From Octopus sinensis (Eukaryota): a stretch of 13,895 nt of DNA. The notes beneath the pieces are model-generated. The model searched no databases. It saw only the letters and a program-made list of their open reading frames with translations, and was not told the origin of the DNA. Position numbers and translations under genes: made by a program. Positions 7,983 to 13,895 of the stretch are shown piece by piece (the first letter of the stretch is position 1; the number at the start of each line of letters is the position of its first letter). The stretch spans positions 1 to 13,895 of the forward strand of contig NW_021825939.1 of assembly GCF_006345805.1 (NCBI RefSeq), read 5' to 3'.

Positions 7983-9094
7983 CCCTTTCCAACGAGGTAC
8001 AAATTTGCTTATTCCGCTAACATAAATATATGGAGCTATGAGGTTGATGAACTCTTTGAACGCACTTTCAACATCGATTTGATTTTTGAACTTATTCTCT
8101 CGTAGGAAACCATCAAGTTGCTTGAAAAAGTGGTAGTCGGTAGGAGAAATGTCCGGGGAATTAGCTGGGTGGAGAAGAACTTCGTAGCCAATTTCCCTCA
8201 ACTTCTGGATTATCGTTAGTGAAACGTTTGATCGAGCATTGTTGTGAGGAATGATTGGCCTTCTTTGGTTGACCAGTCTGGGACGGGGATATAGCAGTTT
8301 TCCGTTCAATTTGACAATTTCATGGCAATACGTTTCTGCAGTAATGATTTTTCTAGCTTTTATGAAGTTACAGTGGAGGGGTCCTTTAGTACTCTACCAA
8401 ACAGTCACCATAAACTTCTTTTTTAGGAGCTCGGGTTTAGGGTAGATTTTCAGAGCTTCATTTTGGTCCAACCACTGCGAAGAACGTTTTATATTATTAT
8501 ACAACACCCACTCTTCCTCACAAGTTACAATACGGTCGACAAATGGATTGATCTGGTTACGGAGAAGAAGCGACAAGCAAATTTCATATCTGTACATTTC
8601 CTAATTTTCATTCAAATCGTGTTGAACACATTTGTCGAGCTTTTTTTGATTTTCCAATCGCATGAAAATGCTTTCAGGCAATTTTCTGGCAATCTTGAAG
8701 TTCTTTTGCCAGTTCTCCAGCTTGCTCGATGACGGCCTTTAATTGACCGTCATCAATGACCGACGGGCGTCCACTATGCTCACGATTTTCAAGGCTCGGG
8801 TCTCCACTGTGAAATCGTTTAAACCATTTTCGAGCTGACCACCCACTGGTCATTTCCTCACCAAAAGTTCCGTTGATATCACGAGCAATTTCAGCTGCTT
8901 TACGTCCTTTTTTTAAGCTGAATAGCAAAATAGCTCGAATATCACACTTTCATAGTTCCATTTCAGATGATTTTAACAACGGTGTAAACAGTATCAATGT
9001 TAATTTATTGATGTATGTCGGTAAGTCTATGTCTGTATTATCACAGAATTTCAAAAACATTTTTAAATAGAATCAAAACTTTGCAGAAATCCCG
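7983..9094 (-). mobile_element. Mariner DNA transposon (Hsmar1/cecropia-like), 3'-truncated
   Basis: Transposase relic plus a putative 5' end TA|CGGGATTTCTGCAAAGTTTTGA (minus strand; element end 9094, TA at 9095-9096). I did not see a matching second TIR. Confidence 0.85.
7986..8961 (-). pseudogene. Mariner DD34D transposase pseudogene
   Basis: ATG at 8961; motifs GRKAAEIARDIN, WFKRF.SGD.SLE, SGRPS, DRIVTCEEEW, HNNAR and SPDISPTDYHFF, with 34 residues between the second and third catalytic positions. Lesions: early stop, small in-frame deletion, +1 frameshift in the T7 run at 8641-8647, further stops, and D-to-E and D-to-N changes at two catalytic residues. Confidence 0.92.
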
Positions 9095-9343
9095 TACATA
9101 TTCGCCATATTTCAAAACGTTTCTCAAATTATACTCCACCTGATATATACATCTGAAAGTCTTTGTGAAAATTTACTTAACACAGTTTTCAAGTATAAAA
9201 TGGATTTTTAAAAGAAAATATTTTTTGTGAAGAAAGCTATAAAATCTTTTATCAGGATGTCACAAAACTTTTTTGGAATAAGTGTTTCTCTTAGTGTATG
9301 AGCACTTTCGACCAACCTTTTCAAACACACGAGCTATTATTTA

Positions 9344-9344
<1 letters not shown>

Positions 9345-9428
<84 letters not shown>
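9345..9428. repeat. (TA)n-(TG)n microsatellite
   Basis: Direct reading. Confidence 0.95.
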
Positions 9429-9430
<2 letters not shown>

Positions 9431-9469
9431 GTGTCTGTATATAAGATTTTTATATATAAATATATGCAA

Positions 9470-9640
9470 AATAATAAGAATGCTAGACGCAATATAAATG
9501 AAACAGGAAGACTTCAATTGTCACTAATAGAGACAGAGGGTGTATAGTAGCCACCACTTTGCTAGAAATAGGAGTCAAAGACCCTTATAGCCACAAGCAT
9601 AGACCAATTGTATGTACTGATAAGGGAGTTAACCACTCCA
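9470..9640. repeat. Probable interspersed repeat fragment, distantly similar to the 6611-6704 arm
   Basis: Shares aaaca(a)ggaagactt-aat with 6646-6663 and is flanked by TA-rich tracts. Confidence 0.35.
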
Positions 9641-9990
9641 TATACATATATATGCACACTAATTTTTATATAACTATACACACACACACACATATATTTA
9701 TATATAGTAGTAACAGAAAAGAGGAATTTCGTTTATCCCCACGTGGTTAGTTGTAACGTATATAAGAAATTAAAAGAGGAACATACGCACACATAGTTTA
9801 ATATAATTTTTAATATATCGACCGGTTGCGCTATCGCTTTCATGACATATTATATATATATATAATATATATATATATATGTGTGTCTTGGGTGAGTTGT
9901 TACGGCAATACTAAAAGCACAAGTACTGCTTTACTATAACTTCTCAAGGCTTACATCGGGTCTCATTTTTATGAGGTTCAAATTTGACCT

Positions 9991-9992
<2 letters not shown>

Positions 9993-10030
<38 letters not shown>
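9993..10030. repeat. (GA)n microsatellite
   Basis: Direct reading. Confidence 0.97.
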
Positions 10031-10033
<3 letters not shown>

Positions 10034-10306
10034 TGCATTTCAAGGATGAGATCACGAATAGCGACGAAAGGACGTTGACAATGATACAAGCGATTGATTG
10101 TCTAACCAACACATTAAACAAACGATCGATTAGTCTGTTGAAGTGATATGCAACCATTGTGTGTATGTGTGTGTGCCTGTGTATGTGTATCTGTGTGTGT
10201 CTGTGCGTGTGTTTTAAATATTGGTGTCGTAACCCTCCCAAGAGACGAAAAGATATGTTCCAACACACGAATTCACATCTAGAAACATGGAAACGAAGTA
10301 AAAGAA

Positions 10307-10308
<2 letters not shown>

Positions 10309-10350
<42 letters not shown>

Positions 10351-10565
10351 GAGAGAGAGAGATAAAGAGATAAAGAGATAGATATATAGAGAAAATATAT
10401 ATATATATACATACGCATATAGACATATAATAACTATATATAATATATATATATATATATGTGTGTGTGTCTATATCTATCTGTGTGTATAAATATATAA
10501 TATATATAATCATACACTATATATACATATATTATATATATGTATATATTATAATATATATAATA

Positions 10566-10610
<45 letters not shown>

Positions 10611-10620
10611 CACACACATA
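10309..10620. repeat. Compound (TA)n/(GA)n/(TG)n/(CA)n tract
   Basis: Direct reading. Confidence 0.93.
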
Positions 10621-11135
10621 TGAGCTTACGTACTGTGCAGTGAGTCTTTGTGTAACTGAATGTGTACATATACGGCAATAACAACATACAAAGATATACC
10701 TGATGCCTCAACCAAAATCTTATTAGAAATGTTCAGCGTTTGAAGCCATCTTTAAGATGACGAGAGCGAAAATGGGGGAAGTGAATAATGGAATCAAAAA
10801 CTGAGATTTCTGTGACATCAATGGAATTACTAGCAGATGTATTACTTAGAATTTTTTACAGGAAAGTACTTTACCAAATAGTTTCACCTACATCGTAAAA
10901 TTTACATTAAGCTATACTTGTTTACGTTTATTTTTCTGAATATTTAGATGTCGTTATTTAGTCTGTTTAATCTTCATTGTGACTTTCTGTTCGGCTGTCT
11001 TAAAAGCTCTCGCTCTCCTACTCTCTCTCTCTCTCTCTCGCTCTCTGTTCCTCTTATGTACGCTGCGCTCTTTCGTATGTACGGGTGTGTATATGTATAT
11101 GGGTATGTATATATATATATATATATATATACATA

Positions 11136-11509
11136 GGAGTGGCTCAGTGGTAAGTAGCTTGCTTACGAACCACATGGTTACGGGTTCAGTCTCACTGCGT
11201 GGCGCCTTGGGCAAGTGTCTTCTACTATAGCCTCGGGCCGACCAAAGCCTTGTGAGTGGTTTTGGTAGACGGAAACTGAAAGAAGCCCGTCGTATATATG
11301 TATGTATATATATATAGGTGTGTGTATGTGCTTCTGCGTTTGTGTTTGTCCCCGCAACATCACTTGACAACCGATGCTGGTGTGTTTACTTCCCCGTAAC
11401 TTAGCAGTTCGGCAAAAGACGCTGATAGAATAAGTCCTGGGGTCATTTGCTCGACTAAAGCCGGTGCTCCAACATGGCCACTGTCAAATGACTGAAAAAT
11501 GTAAAAGAA
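11136..11509 (+). mobile_element. tRNA-derived SINE (octopus-type), copy 2
   Basis: Consensus A box TGGCTCAGTGG (11140-11150) and B-box-like gggttcagtctc; colinear with 5525-5918 except for a 22-bp indel and a different internal microsatellite. Confidence 0.85.
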
Positions 11510-12103
11510 TATATATATTTTTTTTCTTTATTATTCATAACAAAGGAATATTTAAATTCTACTCTGATTCCTTCGCTGATAAATTTCCTTCAAAATAGCA
11601 CATGTCTTCTATCCTATAGTTACACTCAGTTTCCTGGATATTATTGCAATTGACTTTCTGAGAAATAACCATTACGTTTTTTTTTTATGATTTTAACAAG
11701 TATCACTGACGGTGATGTTATTTTCGTTAAACACTTTGCCATAAATACAACTAGTTTTGAAGTGATTAATAATTGGATCTCTTAAATTTCCACCTGTATT
11801 TTATTTCACATTTTTCTTTAAGGGTCATCTTATCTTATTACTACCTGTTGTTTTATGCGATTTTAAAGTTAGCTGAAAGGCATGTGAAACCAAATGGTTA
11901 TCTTCTTCTCCTTGTTACTATTTCTGCAAGAACTTCATCTTTACATTTAAGTATTTTTTTAATTTTTTTTTTTTGGTATTCACCTAGGAGGTATGCAATG
12001 TGTTTCCTTACCTGAAGATATATGAGATATACTTGTAGTTATTTTGGAAAAGATACACATACAACCGCACACGTAGTCTGTGTGGATAAGAGAGTGAGAG
12101 TGT

Positions 12104-12113
12104 ATATATTATG

Positions 12114-12156
<43 letters not shown>

Positions 12157-12482
12157 GGTACACACGCACTCACACAAACGCTCATATATATATATAAATA
12201 TATATAGAGAGAGAGAGCGGGGAAACAGGAGACACAGAGATAGCTGACCGGTAAGCAAAGAAAAGCTAGATGGAAACAGATAGGAAATCAAATAGATAAA
12301 TATATAAACTGGTAAAAAGTAAAATAGAGACAAATACATAGATATACATGCATATCGTATATATGCGTGTGTGTGTGTGTGAGTATGTGTGAGTGTGTAC
12401 GTGCATATATCTACACATTGTACATATATACATGCATACACCATATATAAATACGTACAATATATTATATATATTATATATA

Positions 12483-12538
<56 letters not shown>

Positions 12539-12580
12539 TTTATATATATATATGCACACACACACAATACATTATTATAT
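12104..12580. repeat. Compound TA/GA/TG/CA low-complexity region
   Basis: Direct reading. Confidence 0.85.
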
Positions 12581-12862
12581 ATACTTGGAAATGGATTACA
12601 CAAATATTACGTAACAATTTTACAATTCAACATGGGCGTCCAAAAGATGTGTATTCTTTCGTTTGAACCCACATCGTGGGGACGATGAATAGGGATCGTG
12701 TATCATAGAAATGTCAATGTAAAAAGGGAAAACAGATTAGGTTGTCGGGGATCCAAAAGCCCACGGAAATGACCACGGGAACCTTGGGCAATAGTGTCAT
12801 GCAAAATGAAAAGGCATTACAGTAAGTGGGTCTCTTTTTCCTTTCGTTTTTTTTTCTCTGGT

Positions 12863-13335
12863 TCATAGGATTATGCTCAAGCTGGGTCCGTCATTCACGC
12901 GTGCCATCCTTGCTACTTTCACCCATCATTTTTTTAACCATTCACTACACAAACTTCCCTCTCTACTCTCATCTTTTTCAAGTGATACTTAAATAAGTTG
13001 ATGAGAGATTGACCAGAGAGGAAACTGTTTGTCTCTAGACCTTTCAGAAGCGTACACCATACACATCATTTCGCCATAGCGTTTCAAGGAAGGAGGCTCG
13101 ACAATATTCAGATAGACTCGGTTGATAAATCGACTCGCCCCACACGCGATAGCAGTCGTTCGACATGGGCCCAGATGTCGGAAATGGCTAGACAATGTAC
13201 GAGTGCGTGTAAGACGGTTTCATCGCTCTGACCGCATGCCTGTAGAGCTTCTCCCGAACGGGTAGCGCTTCTCGATAGCACTGCCTGGCCAAGGATCTCT
13301 GGAAGTTGTACATAGGTCCCAGCCCGAAAGCTAGA
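12863..13335 (-). pseudogene. L1/Tx1-clade LINE ORF2 C-terminal relic (zinc-knuckle region)
   Basis: Stitching minus-strand frames gives FGLGPMYNFQRSLARQCYREALPVREKLYRH / CGQSDETVLHALVHCLAISDIWAHVERLL... / KGLETNSFLSGQSLINLFKYHLKK / WVKVARMARVND...IIL*. C..ET..H.L..C....W is the L1/Tx1 CCHC signature. The region at about 12600-12862 may be its 3' UTR. Confidence 0.75.

Positions 13336-13388
<53 letters not shown>
13335..13388. repeat. (GATA)n microsatellite
   Basis: Direct reading; abuts the truncated end of the L1/Tx1 relic. Confidence 0.97.
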
Positions 13389-13389
<1 letters not shown>

Positions 13390-13868
13390 TATATTTCTAC
13401 GTTCCAATCTGCTGCTACTTTTAATTCTTGTTCGTTTATATAAGCATTTAATTCATTATTCTTCTCTTCTTCCTTCTACGTAGTTACTATATCTTCTCCT
13501 CCTCCTCCCCCTCCTCTTGCTGTCACCCAATTTTTCTTTTCCTCATCTTTTTCATCTAATTCCTTCCCCATTTCACACAGCCATTACGCCCCCACACAAC
13601 CTCACTTTCTCGTTTTTCGATACGGACAGAAATCAATAGCATTCATCAACAAGCTTTATTGTAAGCCAAAACAACTCAGACCAGCTTTAAGGAAGCCCGC
13701 GCATAAGCCTATTATACAGGACTGCCGACATTTCAAGATGGTGTATTCGCTGGTGAAACAGTGTAAATATTTCATTGTTATATGGCAAAAATGTAAAGTG
13801 CTTGCTGAGCTGTTGATGATGTGCATTGCATGAATTTAAGTGATTGTTTGAGTAAAAGACACACTCAG

Positions 13869-13895
13869 AAAGAGAGAGAGGGAGAGAGAGAGAGA
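13869..13895. repeat. (GA)n microsatellite
   Basis: Direct reading. Confidence 0.9.

Noticed and set aside
9545-9600. AGAAAT-AGGA-GTC as a hammerhead 3' half
   Set aside because: There is no upstream CUGANGA or stem I partner.
441-12688. The many ORF-track entries rich in YI/IY, CV, LS and RE runs
   Set aside because: They are translations of TA, TG, CT, GA and GATA microsatellites and show no domain signal.
12709-12868. Candidate plus-strand exon with a GTAAGT donor (12822) and a nearby pyrimidine tract/AG (12868)
   Set aside because: The implied intron is only 47 nt, the peptide is unrecognisable, and the region is more simply the antisense of the L1/Tx1 3' UTR.

Overview
Eukaryotic, microsatellite-saturated, non-genic DNA with (TA)n, (CA)n, (GA)n and (GATA)n tracts. 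I find no supportable host protein-coding exon: most ORF-track entries are translated microsatellites and the rest are transposon relics. The repeat families resemble octopus/coleoid cephalopod repeats (recognition from memory, not a database result). The window holds two near-complete tRNA-headed SINEs and two rearranged or partial SINEs, a TSD-bounded RTE-X-like insertion, an RTE-like 3' end with a (GAT)n tail, two tandem non-autonomous Helitrons, a decayed Hsmar1-like mariner and an L1/Tx1 ORF2 relic. The most interesting signal is three sequence-unrelated small elements that each carry a minimal type I hammerhead-ribozyme fold with a non-canonical stem II junction (3758-3846 minus, 6695-6744 plus, 7833-7866 plus). 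Two of them share one layout: inverted copy of the tail, hammerhead, tail, (TA)n. This resembles Penelope-like (PLE) termini or retrozymes. All folds and alignments were done by eye, and ribozyme activity is untested.
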